This document shows positions 22,706-35,055 of a DNA stretch of 40,035 bases, one piece after another (the stretch's first letter is position 1; every line of letters begins with the position of its first letter). The notes below the pieces were generated by a model that made no database searches, was not told where the DNA came from, and saw only the letters and a program-made list of their open reading frames with translations. The translations under genes were made by a program, and so were the position numbers. The stretch comes from Jimgerdemannia flammicorona (taxonomy: Eukaryota), in the NCBI GenBank assembly GCA_003990765.1, contig RBNJ01000129.1, forward strand, positions 1 to 40,035, in the 5' to 3' direction.

Positions 22706-23239
22706 AGGAAGGAGGTATATCTTCTTCAAGTCAACCACCTCAAGAGAAATGTTCCCCAGCAAGTATACTGGCAACCAGTCAGACTGCACAAGAATCTCAT
22801 CCTGGAGCCCAGAGAACAAACTACCTTCGAAATCTTTGCACCACCTGACCCCAGAAACCTTTTCTTTGAACCCAAGGAAGATATCTCACACCTGGACATA
22901 GAGGGATACACATTCCCTGACAAGATGAACCCCGTACACTCCCAAGCAACCAACCAAAGTTAAGAGACCATTATCTTACTGAAAGGAATCATCATAGGAC
23001 ATCTGGTGCCCTTTCTCAACCAAACTTATAGGGAAGTTTATGAACTAAACCTATCAGGAAATGGCAAAAGATCCCAGAAGAAAGGAAAGGCCCCTCTGTG
23101 ACCTGGGAGACAGTGAAGCCTTCCACCAATATTGGAGAAGAATTGACATCTGGACAATAGCAACAACTAGTAGAACTTCTCAACAAATATCAAGATATCT
23201 TCACCACTGATTATGGTAACCTATCATACAACCCATCAT

Positions 23240-24527
23240 ATCACTACAGCATAAATACAGGAAGTGCAACACCCATCCAGCAGAAGCCCTATAGAATACC
23301 CCATCACTTGAAAACATTTGAAAAAGAGCACATTCAAGAACTCTTAGACAATGGAGTCATCTGACCCTCCACTTACCCCTGGGCCAGCTCTATACTTATT
23401 GTACCAAAGAAAGGAGGATGGAGACTCTGTGTAGATTACAGGAAACTCAATTCAGTCACTGAGAAGGATGCTTATCCTTTGCCCAGAATCAATGACCTTT
23501 GGATCAGTTACAGGATGACAGATACTTCAGCAGTATGGACCTCTTTGCAGGATTTCATGAGATCTCCATAGACCTCAAAGACATTCAAAAGACAGCCTTC
23601 CTTGCTCTAGGAAAACTGTTTGAATACCTCTGAATACCCTTTGGACTCTGCAATGCACCCCCCACCTTTCAAAGGATGATGAATTCAGTCTATGCCCCCT
23701 TGATCCACTACTGCCTGATTGTATATATGGATGATTCCAATATCTATTCAGTGAATTTCAAAGAACACCTGCACCACCTAGAGGAATTCTTCAAGCTCAC
23801 CCACAAGAATCACTTGAGATTAAATGCAAAGAAATGCTACTTTGGGAAACAGAAACTTGAATTTCTGGGATTTATGGTTTCAAAAGAAGGAACTCATGCA
23901 GACCTAAAGAAAACTGAGAAGATCAACAATTGGCCAGTATCCAAGACTCTAAAGGAAACACTATCATTTCTGATGCTAGTATTCTACTACAGAAGGTTCA
24001 TCAAGGACTTTGCCCAAATTGCTGCCCCGATCCAGATCCTTCTCAAGAAAGGAATACCATTCAAATAGACAGAGTTACAGGAAAAAGCCTTCAGAGAACT
24101 GAAGAACTGCATGACTATAGCACCAATCCTTGTGTGCCCCAATCTACAGAAGCCATTTATCTTATATACAGATACTTCCAAAGCTGGCCTAGGAGTAGTT
24201 CTAGCCCAAGAAGGACCTGATCAACAGCATCATGTGATAGCTTATGCAAGCAGAGCTACCAATCAGCAGCAGATGAACTATGGTAGCACCAAACTAGAAT
24301 GTCTTGCAGTTATATGGGCAGTCACTCTGTTCAAGCATTACCTCATTAGAAAAAGGTTCACTCTGATCACAGACCATACAGCCCTCAAATAGCTATTCAA
24401 CTGCAAGGAACCTGCCAGAATTCTAGCCTGCTGGATTCTTATCCTTCAGAATTACAAAATCACAATTATTCACAAAGCAGGGAAAGCCCACAACAATGTT
24501 GATATACTTTCCCACCAGCCCCAATGA
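23240..24527 (+). pseudogene. Reverse transcriptase and RNase H of B
   Basis: [46 protein letters not shown] at 23724-23735, YTDTSKAGLG, KLECLAVIWA, TDHTALK, HNNVDILS*. Confidence 0.95.
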
Positions 24528-25603
24528 ACCAGAAGAAGAGTGTTCTGAGGAACCACACCCTAAAGAAAGCTTCTCAGACCATCAAGGAACAAGAAGATCT
24601 CATCCAACAAGAACATCAGAAAGTCCACCAAGGACAGATGAGCACAGAAGACAAGATTCGAAAACAATATCAACATTGGCCCTATCTCAGAACCCAAGTC
24701 TGAGATATCATTCAGAAATGTGACACTTACCAGAAGTACTAAGGAAAGAAGATCTATCAAGCCCCTCTACAACTGATTCCCCCACCCACTCACATCTTTC
24801 AGAGATGGAGAGTAGATGTAATTAGACCTCTACCAGTTACACCAAGAAGAAACAAATACATTCTTGTATTTGTAGAATATTTGACCAAGTGGTCCAAGGC
24901 TTTCCCAATGAAAATCACAGATGCCTTAACCATTGTAGGCCTCCTCCATGAACTCACACTCAGATATGGACCCCCAGAAGAACTCATTTCTGACCAAGAC
25001 ACAGAATTCATCAACAACATAATCACAAGTTATGTCTGAATTCACAAGATTCACCTCAAAAGGACTACATCATACCACTCCCAGACCAATGGCATGACAG
25101 AGAGAATGAACCAGACCATTAAGAAAGGACTTGCCTGAGTCAATCCTACTAATTGGGACCTCTGCTTACCTATGATTCTATGGGAAATTCAGAACACCCC
25201 TACTGCCTCCACCAAACAAAAACCATTCGAAATGATGTTTGCCAAGAGAACCAGAACTGCTGACCATGAGAATCTTGGAGATCTCTTCAAAAAGGCAGAA
25301 CAGTTATGTAATTAAGCCCGAGGACAGATTATCAAAGCCCAAGAAAGACAAAAGAAGTACTATAACCAAAAACAGAAAAATCAGGAGATCAAGATTGGAG
25401 ATCAAGTACTAGTTTGGAGAAGTATGATTGAAATGAATTTTGCTGCCAAACTGGAACCCAAATGGAAAGGACCTTATCTTGTATACAACATCAGAGGGAC
25501 CAGCATCTATTTAAGAAACATAGATAGATGAACCCTCAGAACACCAGTACACATCAATCACCTCAAGATATATCTTTCCTTACATCATGAATCAGAGGGT
25601 TGA
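24524..25603 (+). pseudogene. Integrase of B, separate ORF (ATGA overlap)
   Basis: MNQKK..., H...H...CDTYQK, VDVIRPLP, EYLTKW, LISDQDTEF, SYHSQTNGMTERMNQT, KLEPKWKGPY, VHINHLKIY. Confidence 0.9.
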
Positions 25604-26099
25604 CAACTACCTTCAGACTCTTATTCTCAGCTCATTTCAATCACTGCCAGTCCCCCTACTCCAATTCTGAGAAGTCAATGGGAACACTCTCCAGAAGATC
25701 CAGATTCATCAAGAGAATCTTGTCCTGGCCAGACAATTGCTACAGGTCCATCAACTTCAGGCCCACTATGCAATTGGGGAACAATTGCAGAACCTCCCAG
25801 TCCCAGAACAAACATATATCAGAAATATTACAGGACTATCAAAGAGAGATGTTACTGCTGCCGACAGGCTCTACACCCTTTACAAGCGAAACCCTGCAGC
25901 TCTGATGCAAGTACAATTCTCCTGGTATGATACACGAGGAATTAACCTAGCCACCTACCTGAGCATTGTCAATGCTGTTGAAATCTTATTCCCCAAAGAA
26001 GAAGAACCCTTGGAATAGAGTGACCATGGTATAGATGATGAAGATGATATAACAGGTATTGATGCAGAAGATGCTTACCCACACTAGAATGATGACTAA
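25587..26099 (+). pseudogene. Post-integrase accessory ORF of B (~170 codons, unknown function)
   Basis: MNQRVDNYLQTLIL...HYAIGEQL...AADRLYTLYKRNP... with an acidic tail; three internal stops consistent with CGA/TGG decay; ends ~30 nt before the PPT. Confidence 0.7.
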
Positions 26100-26139
26100 A
26101 GGATAGTCTGAGGACAGACCATCCTTTAGTGGGGGCTGG

Positions 26140-27402
26140 TGTGACCAACCAGAATGTACCACCTAAATTATACCTTAGCCAGATGATGTGAACACATAGT
26201 ATAGTAACCAGCAACCATTGCTGTAGAAACTGTATAAATAGCCAGACTACCAGATAAGGTATATCTGTGCAGAACCTGCACACCTGTGTCAGACCTGCAC
26301 ACTTGTGCTGGATCTGCACAACTTGCTATAGATAGCAAATCTATAGTTAGCCATATAGTAACCAGATAGCAACCAACTTATATAAATTACCTCAGAGACA
26401 AGAGTGAATAATCCTCAGTCTGAATTGAAGTATAAATCAAAGAAGCCTCTAAAGATTGAGCATTGGTCCCTTATTCCACTCTGGTCTACTTTCCAATACA
26501 AAGATTGATTGGTATGCTTGCCAGACTAAGTCTGAAGATTTACTGCCAAAGTTCAAGGAGAATTTTGCTGCCTTTTGAAAAGAAACCTACCACTTAAGGA
26601 ATAAGCCACCATTTTCAAGAAGTCTGCCAATTCAGGAGAATTTATATCATCCACTGTTTTTAAGTTATTCACCACCATTCTTGCCACAAGCCAGTCTTTC
26701 TGATACAACTTCACAGTGGAGCCAGTCTACAACATAACCCCATGCAAATGAAGCCAGTCTTTGACATAACTTGCCAAGAATCCTAGTTAATTCCCAGTTG
26801 AAGCTGCTAATTCAGAAGAATCCACATTATCTGCCATTTCTAAGTTATCTGCCATACTCCCAGTTGAAGCTGCTGTTTTCAAGTTATCTGCATTCCCAGA
26901 AGAACCTGTGCTGCCTGAGCTATTATTCCCAGAAGAACCCTATTTACACCATCTAAGTAGTATTCCCAATTGAAGCTGAATCCATGACATCTGAGTTAAT
27001 TGTCCCCAAATGTCCCACATAAGGAATCTGCTGTGCTACATAGAGATTGCCCACCACTCAAGAAGGAGAACTGCTAAATTGCCAGACCATTATGCACAAG
27101 ATCATCATGCTACACAGAAATCACCTACTACTCAAGAAGGAAACTGCTCGTGCTATACACAAATTCTGCCATTCCCAGTTGACCCAAGAAGGAAAGATAC
27201 AAATCACCACTATACCTAGAGAATCATCCCAATAAGGAAACTACTCAAAGATATCCAGCTTGACTATTATACCACTAAACACCAAGGACCTCAGGAATCT
27301 TAGAACATTTTGTTGCTTTTTGATAAAGTAACTGGGGGCTTAAGCCAAACTACATCAATCTCCAACCTTATAATTTGCCTCTATTGAGCTAGGCACATTA
27401 CA
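26140..27402 (+). repeat. 3' LTR of B
   Basis: TGTGACCAACC...GGCACATTACA; aligns end to end with 17288-18540. Confidence 0.95.
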
Positions 27403-27907
27403 GTACAAATATACAATATATCTATTATAAGTTACATATATTCAGACTATACTTGAATAATTTGGTTTAAGTATACAAACTAGTTGGAACCTTTATGGAA
27501 ATGTCTGTAAGGTTAAAGAAGTCCAGAAATACTATATTAAAAAATAATGACATCTCCTATTGGCAAGCTACATATAAGATCTCTCATATATCTTATATTT
27601 AAAATAAGACCCAATATATTATATACATATAGTCAATAAAGTGCCACAGTACTCAACTTTCTATGACAATTCACATTAGATGACAATTAAGTATATTTTT
27701 TTGATACATCAAAGTTATAGTATACTATATACTATATATAAGTAGCAATAGATTAAGCAGGAGTACTATAAGGTTATCTGATACATGTAATGCTAATTGG
27801 GTTAGCAACTTAGATGATGGATGGTCTATGACCAGATACCTCTTTAAAATTAGTGAATATAGAGCTATTTTGTAGCAAATATAAGCAATTTTCAGTGATA
27901 ATATTAT
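27403..27907 (+). pseudogene. Copia RT C-terminus and RNase H start (fragment 3)
   Basis: YIQTILE*FGL, decayed GSLMYL...RPNI, and CNANWVSNLDDGWSMTRYLFKI (equivalent to DADW...RSTTGY). Confidence 0.85.
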
Positions 27908-27986
27908 TATTTTTTTTTTTTTTTTATAGTCACATGGACTTCTCCATTTATTACTAGTCTATTGATAATTACATGGACCCCTTGCC

Positions 27987-30900
27987 CTACCCAATCCCCA
28001 TGGGGGGGTCCCCCCCCAAACTCTTCTGTATAAATACTACTCTCCCACCCACTACCTTCAACCTCCCTCTACTCCTCTGGCAAATTTTCTCCACCAATTG
28101 ACACCTCTGACCACCCTGCGTACTCCAACCATGCCACCAACCTGTCATTATATCCTCCATCAACCCCTGCCACCGCAATACCTATGCCCCCAAACTCAAG
28201 CTCCTCCCTTCCTCAAAAACAAACAACCAGTGACCTGCCAACCCTATCCAAACTGCCAATGCCCACCCCAAGGTGAGCCACTCATTTCCCACCCCCCCTA
28301 CCAATCTATCCCTCAAATCCTCCCACTGACCACACTCACCATCTCTCCTACATGCTACACCCAGTTGATCACCAACTGCTAGCCAAAAGTCACCCAGTAC
28401 CTCACATTCCCCCAGCCAATATTCAGGTGTCTACACATATCCCCCCTCCTGTCTGACATTGTGGCACTCCTTACAGTCAAAGCTCCCTCCCTCGACAAGG
28501 TACCCCAATCAGAAGTTGAGCATAACATTCCTTCTTAGCATTCACCACCAGACCACCCAATACTTTGGTGATATCCAATGTCACACTCTATCACTCCAAG
28601 CCCAAATGCCACTCCAGTCCCACTCCTCTCCAATGCCTGCTAGTTGCCAGCTGCTGGGCCAAAGATCCTGTCCTGGTCCCTGCTGGCACTCAACCCTATC
28701 GCTAATATCAAAGTCTAAGAGGGGAGCACCCCCCAACAGTACTTGGTTCCACCTTCACATAGCTGGATCCCATGGCCCCTCTCCTTTATTCCCTCACCAA
28801 TGGACTCCAATATGGTGAGCCCCATCTATCACTCCCCACCAGAAACCTCTGAATCATATTCTTCCAATGTTCTGAAGTCTGACCAAGGACAGTAGATCAC
28901 CTGTAGAGCCTCTTGGTGACAACCTCATCTCCCAGACCTTCTGCATCAGGGGAACTCAACTACCCCCATTCAACTCTACCACCCTCTTCAGCCACCATGC
29001 ATGTAAGCAGAATAGCCATTTTAGGAAGTCCACCAGCCCAAGGCCCCCTCTAATCACTAGTAGAGACAAGACCTCCCAACTGATCTGACTTCTTTTTCCA
29101 GCCCATATCTACCCCTTGGCCAGTTTCATCAGCCTCTTCACCACCCAGGCCAGAAAGTCCAGGTGGTATGCCAAATACCATAGCTTTGGAAGCCAGTAAG
29201 TGTTCAGAATTGAGACTCACCCCATCAAAGACAGATGGCATCCACCCCAACCCCACAAGGCCTCCTCCCAGATTGCAATTCTCTGCTCCCACCAGGGTCT
29301 CAGAAGGACCAACCCATAGACTGACAGATATATGCCCAAGTACCCCACTGGGACAATTGTTCCAATGATGTTTCCTCCCACTAGTCTATTATCTAACACT
29401 ATCGCTTCACACTTGTGTCAATTGAGTTGAGCTCCAGAGTAGACTTCATACCATTCCACTGTCTTCTTGAGCTCCATAATATCCTCAATTAATCCCAGAC
29501 TGACCACCATATTATCTTCAAAGGTACCAACTTTCCACTCAATACCATAGATAGAAAGTCTAATTATTTTCCTTTGAATCTGATCCATCAGAGGCTCCAA
29601 GGACAGCACATACAAAATGGGGGATAGTGGGTCACCCTGAGGTACTCCCCTGCCCAGGGGAAATGTCACCCCTCTGTGTCTATTGCAAATGAGGGCAGCC
29701 CTACTCCTTTCCAGTAGGCTGACCATCGCTTTCCTGAACTGAGGATGTATGCCAATTCTATCTAGTACCTTTGCCAACCAGACTCATCAAACATGGTCAT
29801 ATGTCTTTTCCTGATCCAGGAAGACCAGTCAACCATCCAGTCTGTATGCCCATACCCCCTCAATAACCCCATGTACCCAAGCCATGCCATCCCTAATAAG
29901 TTGACCTCCTATAAAGCCACACTACTCCTCACTCAAGACCTGCTGGGCCATGCTCTGCAATCTAGCAACTACCACCTTAGTGACCAACTTTTTGTCCATA
30001 TCTAGCAGCATAATCAGCCTCCAGTTCTTCCAGTCCTCCCTCCTCCCTTTGTTCTTAAAAATCAGTATCACCAACCCTAGATCCTACTCCCCCACCCATC
30101 TCTTAGACTGTAGTATCAGATCGCACAATGCTGTCAACTCCCCCAGTATTCCAGGAACTCCCACCATTTTCTTCCAGAAGTCCCAGGGCAGACCATCCTC
30201 CCCAGGTGCTGTGCCTGAAGTGGTCACAGTAAGCACCCGGTGAACCTCCTCCTTTCAAACCAGTGATATCAAGTCAATCAGTCCTTCTGCTCGTGGTGGG
30301 TGCCAGTCCTCCAGAGCTTGGTCAATGGTGGCATCATCTGCCCCATCCTCCTCCTCACTCCATAGCCCACTCCATTGCTCATTCAATACACTGAGAATGT
30401 CTTGTATGCCATGTACTAGCAGACCATCAGAGTCCTCTACTCCCTTCCACCTCTGCTTCACCCTCCTCACCTAAAGAGTCCTCATGAGATACTTTGAAGG
30501 CCTTTCTCCTTCCTCCTGCTCTTGCCATTGTAACCTTGCCATCAGACCTTGCACTTGTGCTTCCTCCTCATCTCACAGTATCTGTTGTAATTCCCCAATC
30601 TCCATTTTCACCTGCATTACTCTCCAGTCCTCCCCCCCCTCTTGCACCACCAGATCAGCCCAATTCTCCAAAAGCCTAGCCAATCTAGCAGAAGCCCATC
30701 TCCTCTTTTTCTCCTCTGCCTTTCTGCCATTCTGCCAGCCTTACTCCAGTAGGCCCTGGTAGCATCTTTCAACCTCAACTACCAGGCACCAACTGGGGCA
30801 CCCTCTTGTATCCAGTCCTCTACCTTCTGTAAAATGTCTGCTGCCCACTTATCTCACAACATCTTATCAGCTAACAAAGAGGAATTGAGGTACCAATGTC

Positions 30901-31630
30901 CAGGCCCATCCCCACTCCCCCCAAAATGTCCCTACTCTAGCAAACCCCAATGATCTGACCATGGACACCACTCAACCTCCAATGACTTCCACACATCAAG
31001 ATCTCAACAGCTTGCTGTCAAAATCCAGTCAATCCTTGTCCCCAGGCCTCCCATCCAGTACATGTATACCCTTCTATCACTCCAAAACCCCCTACCAGCA
31101 TCCATCAGAGTACTCAACCATTCCACCTCCTCCCATGCCTCCAACCCTCTACTCCTACCCTCAGCCCCCCACCCTCTGTCAGTTCTATCTACCAGTACAT
31201 CTCTGACCATATTAAAGTCCCCACCAAGCAAGTCTATACACACCTCTGCAAGGACCCCACTCTTCCAGAGCCCCTTCACCCAATTTATATACTCAATCCT
31301 CACAGCAGGGCAGTAGCAGGAACCCACCATAGTAGGCTCCCAGCCTGCTCGTATCCATTCTCCCCAGACCAGCCTGTCACTCCAGTTCTTCATATCCCAG
31401 ATCTCCCCTCTGCCCCTCCAAATCAGAATCCCAACCTTTTCCCTCCAAACTGCCTCTCCTCTCCATTCCTTCATCCATTCTAGCCCTTCCAAGTCATCCT
31501 CACATCTGACATCCTGCAAAAGAAAGAGATCAGCATCCAGTCTCTTTAGCCAAGTAAAAATATTCCAGCACCAGAAAGACCCCCTTAGCCCATTCATATT
31601 CAAAGAAAAAATGTTAGTTGTACTATTCAT
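27987..31630 (-). pseudogene. LINE ORF2: APE endonuclease, RT and C-terminal zinc knuckle
   Basis: SLNMNGLR, LFLLQD, GGDFN, RIDWI, SDHWG; GVPQGDPLSPILY, FEDN (decayed FADD); CKEC...TPEY...EC near 28410-28470. Confidence 0.92.
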
Positions 31631-33683
31631 AAGGAAGGATATATAGTTTCAAATGGGTCCTTTACTGCTCCATGCCACTTTCTCCTGTGCCCTGTCCAGA
31701 TTACACTCTGCAATGGCTTCTGCCTTCTCAGCCCTCTTAGTCTCCAATTCAACCAGGATCTCAGCCAGCTCCCCATCCTCCTTTTCCTCAAACTCCTCAT
31801 GGTACTCCAAACAAGCCTCTTACCAGAGCTGTAGTCCATGCCGCTTAGCCCAACAGTGGGCAGCCCGCTTGCCCACCACAACTGCCAGAGCAGCCTCCCT
31901 CTCCTTATCGACCTCATACCCCTCCTCCTCCAAGTATATCACCAGAATTTCTGCCTTCAACACTGCTACCACTCCATCACTCTACAAGATTCTCTCCCAA
32001 TACTCATTGCTCATCACTCTGAGGTCTACTTTCCCCAGCTCTTCTGCTGCCAAGTTGTTCATCATCCAGCACACCCAGAGCAAATTCCCCACCTCCTTCC
32101 CTCCTGGGGTTGCTGGCCTCCCTTTATCCAGCATCGTAGTATCAGCCCCCACACTCACCAACTCATTCCATTCTTCCTCTGGGACATCCACCAATTCCTC
32201 TTCTCCAGTCACCTCTATCAATCCCCTCTTCTCCACATCTGGGACTCCAAAGCACACCTGCTGGGTACTGCACATCAGCACATTCTCCACCACCCTTCCT
32301 CTCACCACTGGATCCCTTCTGATAAGGAGAGAGGATGAGGGTGAATCTTCCCAGGTTTCCTTCCAAACCTCAAACATACCATCCTCATATGGATTCTTGC
32401 TTGGCACTCTCTTGACCTCCTTTGTACCCCCTTCCTCATTCCCTCCACTACCAGCAGCCCAGACACTTGCCTCAGCACCTCTAGTGGCTGCCCTACCTTC
32501 TGCCTTCCTCTTCGCCTCTGCCCCCATTTTCTCCAACAACTCCATCTGCCTTTGGTGCCCTTGGGACCTCTCCCATATCTCCTTATTGATGCGGACTTGC
32601 TTCCCTTCAACTACCTCAAGATGTGTCAACTTCTTGAATGCCTTCCACACCTTTACTCTCCTCTCCACTGCTCCACTCAACTCCTCCAGTGCTTCCACCA
32701 AGTCCTCCTCCTCCTCCTTGCTTCTCTTCACTCTCATCACCTTGCATAAGAAAGCCCCCCACACCATTACTGAAGGCCAGTCCCAAGCCTTCCCAGTAAC
32801 CTCCCTCTCTGCCAACCGAATCCTAATGTCAACATCCCCCATCCAGAGGGAGGTTCCCTCCCACACTCTGAACCCAATATCAACTACCTCTCTATACTCT
32901 GCCATGATCTCCTCAACTCTCTTCCTCATCTCCACAGCAGTTACAGTGAGAACTCCTTTCACCAGGAGCTGTACCACTCTTGGGTCCTACCTCAGATATC
33001 TCACCATCAGGATACACACCTTGCCCACTATCATCCCAGCCTTCAAAGCCTCCTCCAATGGCCCAGCCTCCTCAAAGCCCACCTCTACTCCTTCTAGGCC
33101 CTTCAGGAACTTAACAGATGCTGCACCACTCATCTGCTTTGCAATTAGCCCCAGAACCATTTTTGCCATCACTGCCAAGCCTTGGAAGCACATTGTGACA
33201 GATTGACTTCTTGAGTAATAGGGCCACCACCAGTCCTGTTATACCATCAGCCAGGTCTCCAGACCTCATGCCCTTCCCATTGCTTGGCCCACCATCAGCA
33301 GTTCCATCTAGATTTTTTTTCAGATTGTCCATCACACCCCTATCAGCAGTCTCTACCTCAGCCACTACCTCCCCAGCTCCACCCCTAAGGCCCTCCAGAG
33401 AGGCTCTCCCATGAGGCTGCTATCTTGTAGCCCTCACCAGCACCTTCTTCTCCCTCAGCCAGCTCTTCTGTCCAGCTCCCTGCTGACCCCCCTTCACCTT
33501 CTCTGCAAAGCTCACTCTACCAGACCCTTGACCTCCAGCTCCACCCCCTCCTCCACCACATCCTCCTGCCAGCAGGCCTCTCATACTTCCCCCCAAGTCT
33601 GGGCCTCTCCCCACTTGCTGCCATTCAAATGCTCCAGGGCCACCCTGCCCAGTACATGCCTCTGGATGCTCATTGGTTGCCAT
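31627..33683 (-). pseudogene. LINE ORF1 (fragmented; Gly-rich N-terminus, charged coiled-coil-like segments)
   Basis: Chain of minus-strand ORFs 33683-33420, 33365-33111, 33193-32987, 32977-31982, 31917-31627 upstream of ORF2; SFAEKVKG motif typical of ORF1 N-termini. Confidence 0.7.
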
Positions 33684-33773
33684 AATACTAGTAGCTTTTC
33701 TCCAGAAACTGTGTCAAAGGTGTTGCCAAAAGGTTGTGTAACCCGAATGTTACCAGAGAAAGAGTGAGGTATG

Positions 33774-34110
33774 GTGGTAATATCATCTATATAAGTGGAA
33801 TATTAAGCATTATCAATAGTAATAAAGGAAGCTATATAGCTTTAGAAACTGCTAAAGGAGTTAGGATATAAACAATAGCACTCTATGCTACTCTAATAAG
33901 ATAATTAATCTATGATTGCTATGACAAAGAACCTATACATTATACTAAAATGAAGTACATTAATATACAGTATTATTTTATATAAGAATGTGTGAAAAAT
34001 GATACTATATATCTAGAGTATACCCCAATAGAGTATATAATAGTAGATTTGTTGACTAAAGTTCTTCCCAAGGTAAAGTTTGACTTATATATATAAGGAA
34101 TAGAACTTAT
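33774..34110 (+). pseudogene. Copia RNase H (fragment 4)
   Basis: VVISSI*VEY*ALS (equivalent to VATSSTEAEY), KEAI*L*KLLKELG, DN*SMI, KYINIQYYFI*E, IVDLLTKVLP. Confidence 0.9.
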
Positions 34111-34459
34111 AAGCAATTCTACACTAGTGAGTAGCAAGCAATAACAATAATATAGAATATAATAAGAAGTCTTTCAGAATGCTAAAAAGTCTTCCACTAT
34201 ATCTTATATGTATATACATCTCTCTAGTATTTCTTATATTCCTTTATTTGTGAATGGATCTGAATTTACATTACTGATCTTTTATTAATATTGCTCAGAA
34301 TTTCTATTTTTCACCACTATGTTGACCTATTTTTATACTTATAAGTAGGAAATTTGGACCATTTTCAGTCATCTAGATAGTATCTAGTTGGTCATACTTT
34401 AGTTTAGTTATATTTTAATTTTATTTGTATATTTTGAGATATATCTTATTGAGCAAGAG

Positions 34460-35055
34460 TATTGAAATATCTTAGTTATATCAACTTGATATATGGTGGT
34501 GTAGCCTGACTACATCATTCTGTAAACATCATCAGTATGTATAAAAGTATTTTTTATTTTTATTTTTATTTTTTTTTTTATAGTCCCTTGGACTTCTATT
34601 TATTACTACTCAATCTATAAATAATACTATATATGTACCCACAACCCCTCAGCCAATATCTCTCAAATCTCTATCTCTACTCTCTATCTCTCTCTACCAA
34701 AGGACAACCCAATCACCCACTACCTGAACTCTTTCTCCACTCTTCTTATAAATATAATTTACTAGATTCTAATGGCCCCCCCCCACCTGGTCCACACCCT
34801 GTCCACCAATCATTCAAAATGTCAAGAATTAACTATTTCCAACATGCTACCCTAGCTCTAATTGTAACTCACTGGTCCTCCTCAAAGATATGAAGCCAAT
34901 GACCAGCCATCTCTACCCAAATTGCCAGGGCCCATCCCAAGGTCAACCATTTATCTCCCACCCCACCCACTAAGTATGTATAAAAGTATATAAGCTAGTA
35001 TTAATAAACAATTACTACTTCTCTTCATCTGTCTTTTTCTAAGTATTCTATAATA
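34460..35055 (+). repeat. Probable short 3' LTR of the Copia element (split by a LINE fragment)
   Basis: PPT-like TGAGCAAGAG followed by TATTGAAAT (decayed TGTTG); putative end TTCTATAATA; the matching 5' LTR is not in the window. Confidence 0.45.
34551..34972 (-). mobile_element. 5'-truncated LINE copy, related to 27908-33773
   Basis: Perfect 17-bp TSD AGTATGTATAAAAGTAT (34534-34550 / 34973-34989); T-rich tail; 3' end TATAGTCCCTTGGACTTCTATTTATTACT resembles TATAGTCACATGGACTTCTCCATTTATTACT. Confidence 0.9.

Larger units (their letters stand above)
17288..27402 (+). mobile_element. Ty3/Gypsy family B, full-length (degenerate)
   Basis: TG...CA LTRs at 17288-18540 and 26140-27402; TSD GTAC (17284-17287 / 27403-27406); PBS; PPT-like AGTGGGGGCTGG; gag-PR-dUT-RT-RH-IN. 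Confidence 0.96.
27908..33773 (-). mobile_element. Full-length non-LTR retrotransposon (APE-type, L1/Tx1-like), degenerate
   Basis: Poly(T) at 27910-27925 on the + strand with nearby AATAAA on minus; ORF1 and ORF2; imperfect 13-bp TSD GTGATAATATTAT (27895) / GTGGTAATATCAT (33774); the Copia RNase H resumes after it. Confidence 0.92.

Noticed and set aside
26771-27235. Short ORFs inside the family B LTR
   Set aside because: They are built from internal ~40-60 bp repeats, are mostly not open in the 5' LTR, and show no recognisable motif.
31653-33206. 517-aa Ser-rich + strand ORF, the longest in the window
   Set aside because: It is the antisense shadow of the purine-rich LINE ORF1, which rarely uses TTA/CTA/TCA codons; low complexity, no domain.
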